DNA of 64,000 nucleotides from Bacteroidales bacterium UBA2198 (GTDB lineage Bacteria; Bacteroidota; Bacteroidia; Bacteroidales; VadinHA17): NCBI GenBank assembly GCA_002328625.1, contig DCVC01000177.1, positions 9,816 to 73,815 of the forward strand, read 5' to 3'. Shown piece by piece: positions 63,035 to 64,000 of this stretch (position 1 is its first letter; each line of letters starts with the position of its first letter). The notes under the pieces were generated by a model. It saw only the letters and a program-made list of their open reading frames with translations, ran no database searches and was not told where the DNA came from. The position numbers and the translations under genes were made by a program.

Positions 63035-64000
63035 TTAACGTTTTAAATAAATTGTATTACCTTCTTTTGAAGACCGCATAGCAGCATCAAGTATTTCTAT
63101 GGCAGTAAGATTCAAACTCAGTGAAGAAGGGTCATTGGGGGTAAGTTTAATTTCACCTCTGACTACTGAAGCAAAAAAAGAAAACGGATTACCAGCAATT
63201 GCTTTATCTGGGTCTATGGTCTGTAATTCTTCCGGTGACAGTTCACTTGTTTTAATTTTCATATGTACATTATCGATAGTGATAATATATCCGGTTTCCC
63301 CATAGATTTCCATATCCTTCCTGTTAAAAGGCCAGTTCCAGGATGCCTGTATTATTCCCTGAGCTTTAGGGTAAGTGATGATAATAGTCGCTTCATCATC
63401 AACTTTTGGGTACAGTTGAGGCTTTATCTGCTGCGTGACGGCAGTAACTGACAAAGGTCTTTCTCCATTCATCAGGTAAGTTATCAGGTCAGAGCCGTAA
63501 CAACCAAAGTCGGTGATAGCGCCACCGCCATTGAATACGGGGTCAGTTAACCAATCTGTAAAATCCTTGCTGCAGCCTATTTCTATGGGTCCTTTATGAC
63601 CATCGTGAATTACTATTTTGCGGATTTCCCCAATAAGTCCATCATGGTTTATTTTTACATAAGATTCTTTTGTTACGGGATACCATGTCGTTTCATAGTT
63701 CGTAATTATTTCAATACTCCATTTTTCAGCAAGGTCTTTCATTTCTTTCGCCTGCTCATAATTAATGGCCAAAGGTTTTTCAACCATCACATGTATTCCA
63801 AGCGGGGCACAAATCCTGACAATTTTTATATGATCGCTGATGGGTGTAAAAACAGATACGGCTTCGGGTCTGGCTTTTGTTATCAATTCTTCGGTACTGC
63901 TATAAATAATCTTCCTGTCTATATGGAATTGTTTGATGTACCTGGTAACCAAAGCAGTATCCGGTTCCGCAATTCCCACAATCTCGACATCCGGATTTTG
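63035..64000 (-). CDS. Gfo/Idh/MocA-family oxidoreductase (5' end outside window)
   Basis: VMVEKPLA motif. The frame stays open upstream of the tracked Met to position 64000 (..QNPDVEIVGIAEPD), so the Rossmann N-terminus lies beyond the window. Confidence 0.8.
   Translation of the reverse strand, partial: QNPDVEIVGIAEPDTALVTRYIKQFHIDRKIIYSSTEELITKARPEAVSVFTPISDHIKIVRICAPLGIHVMVEKPLAINYEQAKEMKDLAEKWSIEIITNYETTWYPVTKESYVKINHDGLIGEIRKIVIHDGHKGPIEIGCSKDFTDWLTDPVFNGGGAITDFGCYGSDLITYLMNGERPLSVTAVTQQIKPQLYPKVDDEATIIITYPKAQGIIQASWNWPFNRKDMEIYGETGYIITIDNVHMKIKTSELSPEELQTIDPDKAIAGNPFSFFASVVRGEIKLTPNDPSSLSLNLTAIEILDAAMRSSKEGNTIYLKR

Noticed and set aside
1..64000. Search for mobile elements, integrases, tRNA or rRNA genes and defence systems.
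   Set aside because: No ORF shows transposase, integrase, recombinase, nuclease-helicase or toxin-antitoxin motifs. Intergenic regions are short and AT-rich, with no tRNA-like cloverleaf candidates noticed.

Overview
Dense 64-kb stretch with about 46 CDS. I saw no rRNA, tRNA, CRISPR array, transposase or integrase. It looks like a Bacteroidota chromosome segment: a SusC-type CarboxypepD_reg+plug fragment, Cys-containing lipoprotein-type signal peptides, AT-rich intergenic DNA and a fucK-fucI-fucP operon. Layout: (i) 1-8305, a minus-strand sugar or sugar-acid catabolic operon (shikimate-DH-like, archaeal-type cupin PGI, D-2-hydroxyacid DH, Eda aldolase, MFS porter, MBL-fold hydrolase, secreted propeller+discoidin protein, D-psicose/tagatose 3-epimerase-like). 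(ii) 8426-13080, a carbamoyltransferase + DUF5989 + SxtJ + SGNH/TPR module. (iii) 13150-29131, an AraC regulator, fucKIP, GH29, an embedded one-carbon island (MetV-MetF fusion plus stand-alone MetH activation domain), an MFS porter and a secreted FG-GAP/TIM-barrel fusion. (iv) 29166-64000, a unidirectional minus-strand array of more than 34 kb carrying GH2, GH27-like, GH29 x2, GH127, GH28-like, GH30, GH3, two esterases, three parallel beta-helix proteins and four tandem GH16-like paralogs, one fused to GH29. The array also interleaves two URO-D-superfamily proteins with a Na+/solute symporter. Best candidate for an undescribed system: three cytoplasmic URO-D-like proteins with a MtaA-type His-x-Cys...Cys zinc motif, wired to sugar transporters and lying near a methylene-THF reductase island. 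This could be a corrinoid-type O-demethylation route for methylated sugars, but no corrinoid protein is present in the window. Other notable items: a 41-nt conserved palindromic element upstream of two operons, an SxtI/J/K-like carbamoylation module, a GH27 with an in-frame loss of its catalytic core, a plug-only SusC fragment, and several unusual domain fusions. All family calls come from reading motifs in the translated ORFs by eye. No database search was run.
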